Shown here: piece after piece, positions 32,857 to 40,607 of the stretch
Layout of the letters: the number at the start of each line of letters is the position of its first letter
Position numbering within the stretch: position 1 is the first letter of the stretch
Source of the DNA: an uncultured archaeon
GTDB taxonomy: Archaea; Iainarchaeota; Iainarchaeia; Iainarchaeales; JAAZKV01
DNA: 41,112 nucleotides
Direction: 5' to 3'
NCBI GenBank assembly: GCA_964402905.1
Contig: CAYODU010000003.1
Location: 1 to 41,112 of the forward strand
Translations under genes and position numbers: made by a program
The notes under the pieces: model-generated
Told to the model about the DNA's origin: nothing
The model's input: only the letters and a program-made list of their open reading frames with translations
Databases searched by the model: none

Positions 32857-34527
32857 TTATTCACCAAAATTTGTTCTTTGTGCTAAAAAATCTTTTGCTT
32901 TATCACTCACAACACTCAGTTCTCTTATGTTTGATTCAACTAATTGTTCAAGGAATTTTTTTCGTATTTCTAGTTCTGCACTAATTTTTTCTTTTGAAAG
33001 TCCGCTAAAGTCTTGGAGCATTTTAATGTACTCGCTTTGCATTAATGTTTGTTCAATAACATCTCTTACGGGATCTCTTTGGAAAAGAGTTTGTGTTTTT
33101 GGTTTTCCGTCAAGTGCGCCATATACTTCTGCTATTTCGCTTATTCTTCTGATAGTTCCTTTTTTTCTATCATGGTATCGGTGTTCTACAATAATGAAAT
33201 CCAATCCTGCAAGCATTATTTTTGGAACATTCATTGGGGGATTGGTCACACGAATAATTGTTTCTTCTGGAGAATTTGCGTGGACAGTTCCAAGGCAACC
33301 ATCGTGTCCAGTGTTAATTGCGGTGAAAAGTGTAAATGCTTCTTCGTGTCTTATTTCTCCAACTATTATTCTATCGGGACGCATTCTTAAAGAATTTTTT
33401 GTAAGTATATCCATCTTTAGTTCGCCTGTTCCTTCTATTCCTGGCGGTCTTGCTTCCATCCTAATCCAGTGTTTTAATGGAAGATTTAGTTCTGCTGTAT
33501 CTTCAATAGTAATTATTCTTTCTCTGTCCGGAATAAAAGCAGCTAGAACATTTAACAGAGTTGTTTTTCCTGAACCTGTTCCTCCAGAGATAAGCATGTT
33601 AGCAGGTTTTGTTCCCAAGCCATCAATGCACACCCAAAGAAATGCCGCAGCTTCGCTTGACAAAGTGTTCATTCTTATCAAGTCAATTATCGAGTAAGGA
33701 TCTTTTCGGAATTTTCTTATTGTTAGTGTTCCGCCGGAAATTGATGCTGGAGGAATAGTTGCATTTACCCTGCTTCCATCTATAAGTCTTGCATCTAATA
33801 GAGGGGAAGAAACATCTACTCTTCTGCCCACATCTCTTGCAATTTTATTTATCAGGTCTTCTATTTCTTGTTCAGAAAAAAATTCTATATTTGTAGTTAG
33901 CATTTCGTATTCTCTGTGAAAAACATACACTGGTTTTTTCGGGCCAACAATCATTATTTCTTCAAGTAAATCATCTTTTATCAAATCATCAATTAATCCA
34001 TATCCAACCATTTCTCTTACAACGGCATCTGCATAAAAGTTTGTTCTTGATGAAGGAACTTTTAAAGTTGGATTATTTTTTATTATCTCAATTACTTTTT
34101 GTTTGTAAACAATTCTTTTTTCTTCAGCGTTCCTTATTTTGTATGGAACAATGCTGATTAGTCTTGTGGTCGCTTCTTTTAAAGTATTAATAACTTTTCT
34201 TTCGGCGGAGGTTGGGCGTGTTGCTGGAACAAAATAAATTTTCAGCGGATTTCCAGGAATTTCATAAATAGTTGTTTTACCATATGCGGCAACTTCAACT
34301 TTCTTTTTTTCTTCAAACTCTTTTTCAATTTCTGTTTTTTCCTGAGAAGGTTCTATCTCAAGATCCTCTTTTTGTGGGGTAAATGCTTTGTCAAATTCTT
34401 TCATATCTTCTTTTTTAATTGTTTTAGCAATTTCTTCTTCTTTTTGCTCTGGTGCTTTTTCCTCGCCTTTTGAGCCCTCTTTTTCTTTTGCTTCCTTGAG
34501 CAAGTCCCCAAGATAATCAGTTGCCAT
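32857..34527 (-). CDS. type IV pilus assembly ATPase (ArlI/FlaI-TadA-VirB11 family) with Glu/Lys-rich N-terminal extension
   Basis: Walker A SGGTGSGKTTLLN, ITIEDTAEL, RMRPDRIIVGEIRHEEA, GHDGCLGTVHAN. First gene of the pilus cluster. Confidence 0.9.
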   Translation of the reverse strand: MATDYLGDLLKEAKEKEGSKGEEKAPEQKEEEIAKTIKKEDMKEFDKAFTPQKEDLEIEPSQEKTEIEKEFEEKKKVEVAAYGKTTIYEIPGNPLKIYFVPATRPTSAERKVINTLKEATTRLISIVPYKIRNAEEKRIVYKQKVIEIIKNNPTLKVPSSRTNFYADAVVREMVGYGLIDDLIKDDLLEEIMIVGPKKPVYVFHREYEMLTTNIEFFSEQEIEDLINKIARDVGRRVDVSSPLLDARLIDGSRVNATIPPASISGGTLTIRKFRKDPYSIIDLIRMNTLSSEAAAFLWVCIDGLGTKPANMLISGGTGSGKTTLLNVLAAFIPDRERIITIEDTAELNLPLKHWIRMEARPPGIEGTGELKMDILTKNSLRMRPDRIIVGEIRHEEAFTLFTAINTGHDGCLGTVHANSPEETIIRVTNPPMNVPKIMLAGLDFIIVEHRYHDRKKGTIRRISEIAEVYGALDGKPKTQTLFQRDPVRDVIEQTLMQSEYIKMLQDFSGLSKEKISAELEIRKKFLEQLVESNIRELSVVSDKAKDFLAQRTNFGE

Positions 34528-34617
34528 GCTAGAAATAGGTTCTTTGATTATTTTAAGCTTTTGTTGGACAAAAAAAGAATATATTTTGAGCTGGTTTTAA
34601 TACTTTTTTGTTTTACT

Positions 34618-36366
34618 TTATTTTTTTTCCTCTACTTCTTTATTTATCTTTACAATAAAATCCTCAACTTTCATTACTGTTTGTTTTCCTTCTCTATCTC
34701 TTACTGCAATATTTTTGTCTTCTTCTTCTTTTGCCCCCACAACAATGACATAAGGGACTTTCATTTTCTGCGCTTCTCTTATTCTGTATCCTAAAGTTTC
34801 GTTTCTTTCATCAAGTTGTGCTCTTACTCCGGCACTAATTAATTCTGCATTTATTTTTTTTCCATATTCAATAAATTTTTCTGAAATTGGAATTGTTATT
34901 GCTTGTTCTGGCGAAAGCCAAACAGGGAATGCTCCACCATACTTTTCAATTAGCATTGCAATTGTTCTTTCGTAACATCCAATAGAACTTCTGTGAATTA
35001 TATATGGTCTTTTCTTTTGTCCGTCTTTATCAGTGTAAGTCATATCAAATCTTTCTGGCAAAGCAAAGTCAATTTGAACAGTAATTATTGTATCTTCTTT
35101 TCCATAAACATTTTTTGCTTGAAGATCAAGTTTTGGTCCGTAAAAAGCGGCTTCGCCTTCTGCTTCTTCATATTTTAATCCAAGATGATCAAGAATTTTT
35201 TTCATTTCTTTTTCAGAGTGCTCCCATGCTTTTGGATTATCAATGTACTTTCCTTTTTTGTTTTCCGGATCCCACTTTGAGAATCTGTAAGTTATTTCAT
35301 CTTTTATTCCCAATGAATTCATTACATAGTCTATCAAACCAATAACATCCTTGAATTCTTTTTCCAATTGTTCTGGAGTAACAATAATGTGTCCTTCAGA
35401 TAAAGTAAATTGTCTTACTCTTGTGAGCCCATGCATTTCTCCTGATGTTTCGTTTCTGAAAAGAACTGATGTTTCTCCAAAGCGTATTGGTAAGTCTTTG
35501 TAAGATTTACCTTCATTTTTGTATATCAAAAATTGGTATGGACATGTCATTGGACGTAGTGCTAAAACTTCTTCATCTTTTTTCTCGTCACCCAGAATAA
35601 ACATTCCTTCTTTGTAGTGTTCCCAATGCCCAGAAATTTTGTACAAATCAGATTTCGCCATGTAAGGAGTTCTAGTATAAATGTAACCTCTTTTTTCTTC
35701 TTCGTCTTCAATAAACCTTGTTAGTATTTGGAATAGTTTTGCTCCTCTTGGCATTAACAAAGGTAATCCCTGGCCAACAAGTTCGTGTGTCATGAATAAT
35801 TTTAGTTCTCTACCGATTTTGTTGTGATCATTTGCCTCTGCTTTTTCTTTTGCAGCTAAAAAATCATCAAGTTCTTTTTGTGTTTTAAAAGAAATTCCAT
35901 AAACTCTTTGTAGTTGCTTATTTTTTTCGTTTCCTTTCCAGTAAGCTGCGCTGATTTTTAATAGTTTAATTGCTTTGATTGGTTCAGTTGATTCTAGGTG
36001 TGGGCCTTTGCACATGTCAGTAAAGGAACCGCTTTTGTAAACACTTATTTTCTTTTCGCCTTCTTTCTCCAAATCTTTTATCATTTCGATTTTGTATAGA
36101 TTATCTTTGAACAATTCGAGTGCTTCTTTTACACTCACTTCACTTTTAACAAGTTTTTCTTTTTTACTTATTATTTTTCTCATTTCAGCTTCAATTTTTT
36201 TTAAATCATTTTCGTTAATATTATTTTTAATTTCAAAATCATAGTGGAAACCCATTTCTATTGGGGGACCTATGGCAATCTTTGCTTTTGGATAAAGTTT
36301 TAGTAGTGCCTCAGCAAAAACATGGGCTGTAGTGTGCCAAAACTTCTCCATTTCTTTTTTATCCAT
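34618..36366 (-). CDS. thrS: threonyl-tRNA synthetase, bacterial-like architecture without the N-terminal TGS domain
   Basis: It starts at the second additional (editing) domain (FWHTTAHVFAEALLKLYP, MCKGPHL). The class II core has RPMTCPYQ, FRNE.SG..HGLTRVRQFT and GGAFP, followed by an anticodon-binding C-terminus. GGTGAT lies 6 nt before the ATG. Confidence 0.9.
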   Translation of the reverse strand: MDKKEMEKFWHTTAHVFAEALLKLYPKAKIAIGPPIEMGFHYDFEIKNNINENDLKKIEAEMRKIISKKEKLVKSEVSVKEALELFKDNLYKIEMIKDLEKEGEKKISVYKSGSFTDMCKGPHLESTEPIKAIKLLKISAAYWKGNEKNKQLQRVYGISFKTQKELDDFLAAKEKAEANDHNKIGRELKLFMTHELVGQGLPLLMPRGAKLFQILTRFIEDEEEKRGYIYTRTPYMAKSDLYKISGHWEHYKEGMFILGDEKKDEEVLALRPMTCPYQFLIYKNEGKSYKDLPIRFGETSVLFRNETSGEMHGLTRVRQFTLSEGHIIVTPEQLEKEFKDVIGLIDYVMNSLGIKDEITYRFSKWDPENKKGKYIDNPKAWEHSEKEMKKILDHLGLKYEEAEGEAAFYGPKLDLQAKNVYGKEDTIITVQIDFALPERFDMTYTDKDGQKKRPYIIHRSSIGCYERTIAMLIEKYGGAFPVWLSPEQAITIPISEKFIEYGKKINAELISAGVRAQLDERNETLGYRIREAQKMKVPYVIVVGAKEEEDKNIAVRDREGKQTVMKVEDFIVKINKEVEEKK

Positions 36367-36427
36367 ACCTTAATCACCAAACATAACAAATTTCTGCTCA
36401 AAAACCTTTTAAAATAAGTCTTGAGCC

Positions 36428-36487
36428 TTAAGCCGTGGTTGTAGTAGTTGTTTCTGAAACAGTTTGAGTCAATTCTACTACTTCCAT
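36428..36487 (-). CDS. candidate Thr-rich leader peptide (uORF) of thrS: MEVVELTQTVSETTTTTTA
   Basis: 19 codons translated by hand, including six consecutive Thr codons (ACA ACT ACT ACA ACC ACG). The stop lies 61 nt upstream of the thrS ATG on the same strand, and a TATA-like box lies about 25 nt upstream of its ATG. Confidence 0.45.
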   Translation of the reverse strand: MEVVELTQTVSETTTTTTA

Positions 36488-36510
36488 AACAATTATTTAT
36501 CTAAATAGTT

Positions 36511-36520
36511 ATTTATAAAC
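36511..36520 (-). promoter_or_regulatory. TATA-like element (minus strand GTTTATAAAT) for the uORF-thrS transcript
   Basis: It is centred about 26-29 nt upstream of the uORF ATG (36487). This spacing fits a leaderless archaeal transcript starting at or near that ATG. Confidence 0.45.
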
Positions 36521-36551
36521 TAGTTAATTTTTGATGTAACAAATTGTATAT

Positions 36552-36992
36552 TTACTTAGTCGCTCGTTTACACTTGTCTTTTCCGCATAAAGAATGGAAC
36601 TCTCTGCAGTAGGTATTGCACCCGTCTTCTTTCATGTACTTACATTCTTTCCATGTGACATTTCCAGAAAAGTTACTTCCGCTTTCGCGAATAACATTTG
36701 CTATTATGTTTCCGTGGCGCGGATCAATTTTTTGTGCGTGGTTAAAATTAGCTCTTCTTGGGCGTTCTTCAATTACTTCGTCAAAACCAATTCTTTCTCC
36801 CCTAATTGGGGTGTTCAAAGAACTTTTTGCAATAGAATTAAGCTCTTCTTTCATCTGACTTATTTGTTCTCGTGGAATTTGTCCGCTACTAGCATCAATA
36901 ATTTTTTCAGGAGAAGCTCTCTGATAAACTGTTTTTTGTTGCATTAATGCATTTGTTTTTTTTGCATCTTCAACAAAACTTTTGAAGGCCAT
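36552..36992 (-). CDS. hypothetical protein with Cys-rich C-terminus (146 aa)
   Basis: Trimmed to ATG 36992 (MAFKSFVEDAKK...). The C-terminus reads WKECKYMKEDGCNTYCREFHSLCGKDKC. The gene is divergent from nreA. Confidence 0.5.
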   Translation of the reverse strand: MAFKSFVEDAKKTNALMQQKTVYQRASPEKIIDASSGQIPREQISQMKEELNSIAKSSLNTPIRGERIGFDEVIEERPRRANFNHAQKIDPRHGNIIANVIRESGSNFSGNVTWKECKYMKEDGCNTYCREFHSLCGKDKCKRATK

Positions 36993-37053
36993 AGCAAGAG
37001 TATTTTTATATCTAAATAAAAAGTTATTGTAAAAAAGCGAAAAAAACGCTTGT

Positions 37054-38343
37054 TTGGATTGCTTTTTGTTCTTTTTGGGACTAATTATTTGCATTGTTTT
37101 TGGTGTTGATTTGATTTCTCCTGAATTATGTATTAAGTGCAAGGGAAAATTGCTTTGCGGTTTAACTAAGTGCCCTATACTTGAAAAGAATTTTTCTCAG
37201 ACAAAAATAGTTTCTTCTATTAAAGACAATAATTTTTTCGGAGCTACTCCGCCAGGTTTTTTTGTTTCTTGGCAAAATTATCCAAAAGTTGCGGTAGCGC
37301 CTCTATCTGCTTTGCCTAATGAAGTATCTGAAATGAGTGATTTGCCTGAAAAGTGGTATGGTTTGCCACAGGAAAAAATAATTTCTTTTAGAGAGTCTTT
37401 GTTGCGTTCATACAAAACAATGCCTGTTTCTCTTGCTTCAAATCCAAATTATGAATTACTTGATTTTCAGGAAATTGCAATGGCATCTTCTTTATTGGAA
37501 GTTGAAGTGAATCTGAAAAAAACTCCTTCAAAGGAAACTACTTTTGATTCTTTTTCTGCACCAATGGGTCCGAGTGCCGAACTCTCAAAAATAAGTTTGA
37601 TTGAGAATCCGAAAATTCCAAAAAAAATTGATTATTATTCTAGCGATATTGATGTTAAATCAAATACTGCTTTGATTGAATTGTTTAAAGATGGTTTTCC
37701 TGTTTCGGTTCTTGCAAAAGTTCTTTCAAGTGGTGCTCTTGGAGTTAAAAAAGATAGAAAAATTGTTCCTACTCGCTGGAGCATTACTGCGGTTGATTCT
37801 AATTTATCAAAGCATTTTATTCAAGAAAGTTTGTCGCAAAACAAATTAATTGATTGTTACAAATTATTCCATTCAAAATATTTGGATAATGATTTTTGGG
37901 TTTTGCTAATGCCTTTTCCATGGAGTTTTGAACAAATAGAAGTTTGGTTACCTGGTGGGATATGGACGGTGGGGGCTACAAGTTACCAGGTTTTATCAGA
38001 CCATGAATTTAATTCCGGTTTAAAGGGTTACCCAAAAGAAACTGAGGGGGCTTATTTTGCTTCTCGCCTTGCAATAACGGAGTATCTAAATGAAAAGAAA
38101 ATTAATGCTGCAGCAATTGTTTTCAGAGAAATCGGACAAGATTATGCAGTGCCTCTCGGAGTGTGGCAGATAAGAGAAAATGTTCGTGCGGCGCTAAAAC
38201 AAGAACCGCTTGATTTTTCTGGTATTGATATTGTTCTTGATTTTTTATCAAAGAAACTTGTTGTGCCAATAGAACAATACAAAAAAAAATCTGAATTAAT
38301 AAAATTCTTCAAAACGCAAACAAGAATAAGTCAGTGGTTCTAA
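37054..38343 (+). CDS. nreA: NreA-like DNA repair protein (archaeal Nre family, DUF650/DUF651)
   Basis: The N-terminal LCIKCKGKLLCGLTKCPIL matches the Nre Cys motif as I recall it, and the size of about 410-430 aa fits. Start is uncertain (TTG 37054 or TTG 37111). Confidence 0.6.
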   Translation: MDCFLFFLGLIICIVFGVDLISPELCIKCKGKLLCGLTKCPILEKNFSQTKIVSSIKDNNFFGATPPGFFVSWQNYPKVAVAPLSALPNEVSEMSDLPEKWYGLPQEKIISFRESLLRSYKTMPVSLASNPNYELLDFQEIAMASSLLEVEVNLKKTPSKETTFDSFSAPMGPSAELSKISLIENPKIPKKIDYYSSDIDVKSNTALIELFKDGFPVSVLAKVLSSGALGVKKDRKIVPTRWSITAVDSNLSKHFIQESLSQNKLIDCYKLFHSKYLDNDFWVLLMPFPWSFEQIEVWLPGGIWTVGATSYQVLSDHEFNSGLKGYPKETEGAYFASRLAITEYLNEKKINAAAIVFREIGQDYAVPLGVWQIRENVRAALKQEPLDFSGIDIVLDFLSKKLVVPIEQYKKKSELIKFFKTQTRISQWF

Positions 38344-38786
38344 GCGCCCCAATCTTCCAGGAGTAGTTTTGCTCTTGTTTTTCGAGGTTGTTTCATTAGT
38401 TTGTCGAATTTTTTTATAAGTTCTGCTTGTTCTTTTCTTCCAAGTATTTCTTCCAGAGCCCTCATAAAATCAATATCTGCGTTTGGTCTTTTTCTTTTTC
38501 TCACAAATATTCTTTGTGCGTCCCATACACGGTGTCTTTGTTCTCGTGTAAGATTCATTTCGCCCATTGCTTGAGTTAAACCAAGTTTTGTTATTTGCGC
38601 TAGTGTTCTCCTGTCAAGAATATCAAATTGTCTATGTTCATTTGGAATGGGTCGTCCTATTTTGCCGTCCGGCCTCTTTCGAACCTTTAGCATATCCCAC
38701 GCAGTACGTCTTTTGGCTTCATCAACTATTTTTTCTACGGTGTAGTCTGTAATGGGGGTTGCTTTTCTTGTTCTGCGCCTTTCCAT
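38340..38786 (-). CDS. hypothetical basic protein (148 aa) immediately downstream of rfcS
   Basis: ORF MERRRTRKATPITDY...; the gap to the rfcS stop is 4 nt. No motif recognised. Confidence 0.5.
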   Translation of the reverse strand: MERRRTRKATPITDYTVEKIVDEAKRRTAWDMLKVRKRPDGKIGRPIPNEHRQFDILDRRTLAQITKLGLTQAMGEMNLTREQRHRVWDAQRIFVRKRKRPNADIDFMRALEEILGRKEQAELIKKFDKLMKQPRKTRAKLLLEDWGA

Positions 38787-38790
38787 ATTC

Positions 38791-39756
38791 TCACTTTTTG
38801 AATTTCATGAATTGTGCAAGTAGAGCTTCAAGTTGTATTCTTTCGTTTGCGCCTTCAACTATTCTAAAATCATATTCTCCAATAATATCAACTAGTTCTA
38901 TCTTACTTTTTTGTGCTAACTTTTCTTCATCCAAACCCATTGTTTCTCTGTATAATTGTTTTAGAATATCTTCTCCGCTCATTCCGTGTTCGTACATTAG
39001 TTCATCGAGTTTTTTTCTTGCATCCATAAAGTTTCCATTTAGTGCAAATAAAATCATTTCTTGTACTTGTTCTGGTTTTGCTTTGCTTGAAACACTATAA
39101 ATTATTTCTTCATCAATTTTTTTGTTTATAGTAGATGCAGCTTGTAGTACATTAATTGCTTTTCGTAAATCGCCTTGGCAAACATAAAAAACAGCTTTCT
39201 TTGCTTTATCATCAATTTCAAGTTTTTCTTTGTGGGCTACTTGTTTTATTTGTTCTTCAATATCTTTTGTGTTCAGTGGTGTGAATCTATAAATAACGCA
39301 TCTTGATTGTAGTGGCTCTATTATTTTTGAAGAGTAATTGCAAGATAAAACAAATCTACATGTTTTGGTGTATTTCTCCATTGTTCTTCTTAGTGCCTGC
39401 TGTGCATCGTTTGTCAGGGCATCGCACTCATCTAAAAAAATTATTTTAAAATTAGAATCAAATGCAAGAGTTCTTGCAAAATCTTTTATGGTGTTTCTTA
39501 CAACATCTATTCCTCTGTCATCGGATGCATTTAGTTCTAAGAAATTTTGTCCAAAATTTTCTTTGAAAATTTCTTTTGCCAGTGCAATGCTAGAAGAAGT
39601 TTTTCCTGTCCCCGCAGGGCCAGAAAACATAAGGTTTGGCATATTTCTTTGTTTAACATAGCTTTTCAGTCTATCAGTAATGTTTTCGTGTCCAACAACC
39701 TCTGAAAGATTTTTTGGGCGGTACTTTTCTACCCAGGGTAATTCCATTTCATCCAT
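38791..39756 (-). CDS. rfcS: replication factor C small subunit
   Basis: PWVEKYRPKNLSEVVGHENI, Walker A SGPAGTGKTS, DECD, SRC motif (QSRCVIYRF). Confidence 0.92.
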   Translation of the reverse strand: MDEMELPWVEKYRPKNLSEVVGHENITDRLKSYVKQRNMPNLMFSGPAGTGKTSSSIALAKEIFKENFGQNFLELNASDDRGIDVVRNTIKDFARTLAFDSNFKIIFLDECDALTNDAQQALRRTMEKYTKTCRFVLSCNYSSKIIEPLQSRCVIYRFTPLNTKDIEEQIKQVAHKEKLEIDDKAKKAVFYVCQGDLRKAINVLQAASTINKKIDEEIIYSVSSKAKPEQVQEMILFALNGNFMDARKKLDELMYEHGMSGEDILKQLYRETMGLDEEKLAQKSKIELVDIIGEYDFRIVEGANERIQLEALLAQFMKFKK

Positions 39757-39832
39757 CGAAAATATTGATTTAGGTAGTTATTAAAAGCTTATTATTACTT
39801 ATTTCATTAATACAATTATTAGCGGTGTTTTA

Positions 39833-40513
39833 ATGGTATTAAACAAAAAACAGTTTTTGATTTTGATTGTTTTGTGGTTTCTTTTTTCTTTTCTGATAAT
39901 GTGGTTTTTTGGTGGAGCCTGCACATCCCCTTTTGTTGAACCAAGTAAAGTAAGTTCTGTTTGTCTTTCGAGCAATTCTCTAAATTTTTTTGCGAATATT
40001 CCAATACTGGGTTTGTTCTTGCCTTATTACACTTGGGTTTCTTTTATGTACTGGTTTGCCCCCATCGCAGGTTTTATTTTTGCTTTTATTGTAATAAGAT
40101 GGTATAACAATCATTTTGATACTGAAGAGGCTTCAGGAATATGGTTTTTACCTTTGATAATTATTTTTCTTTTACTTGGATTTTTTATTAATTTGGGTTG
40201 GTATTACGGTGAAACAGCTGCATCTGCTACTCGACAAAATAGCGGTTTGAATGCACAAGTATACTTTTGTTTTGAAAGTGATGCAACCGCTTGCAATAAT
40301 ACTGTATCAAAATTAAATAATGAATATATTTCTCAAGCTAAAAATAGTGGGGCCACAACTGTGACCCAACTTCTTAATGTGAATTATTGGAGTGAACTAA
40401 GACAAAGCATTTTCTTGACATTTGTTATTGGGGCAATAGCTGCTTGGTTGCCATTATTTGTACTTAATACCATTGATATTAGAAAAAAGAAGAAAGATAA
40501 AAAAGTAGATTAG
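39833..40513 (+). CDS. hypothetical polytopic membrane protein
   Basis: Several hydrophobic helices and a Lys-rich C-terminus. No motif recognised. Confidence 0.5.
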   Translation: MVLNKKQFLILIVLWFLFSFLIMWFFGGACTSPFVEPSKVSSVCLSSNSLNFFANIPILGLFLPYYTWVSFMYWFAPIAGFIFAFIVIRWYNNHFDTEEASGIWFLPLIIIFLLLGFFINLGWYYGETAASATRQNSGLNAQVYFCFESDATACNNTVSKLNNEYISQAKNSGATTVTQLLNVNYWSELRQSIFLTFVIGAIAAWLPLFVLNTIDIRKKKKDKKVD

Positions 40514-40607
40514 AAATTAGATTAGAAAGAAAATTAGTTAATTTGTATTTTTCGTTTTTTTTGTTCTTTCAGTTCAATTATTATTTCTTTGTTGTAAAGA
40601 GTTTTTT

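Noticed and set aside
32927-33697. 256-aa plus-strand ORF, together with the 196-aa minus-strand ORF at 15903..16493.
   Set aside because: Both lie antisense to the conserved cores of the two paralogous pilus ATPase genes. They resemble each other only because the sense strands are homologous. They have no start context or motifs, so they are shadow ORFs.
36434-36466. The plus-strand reading of the thrS leader region gives GTG GTT GTA GTA GTT GTT..., a Val run (MVVVVVSETV*).
   Set aside because: It is the reverse complement of the Thr run. There is no TATA-like element or downstream gene in that orientation (nreA is about 600 nt away with its own promoter region) and no valS nearby. The Thr reading is on the thrS strand and has promoter and SD logic.
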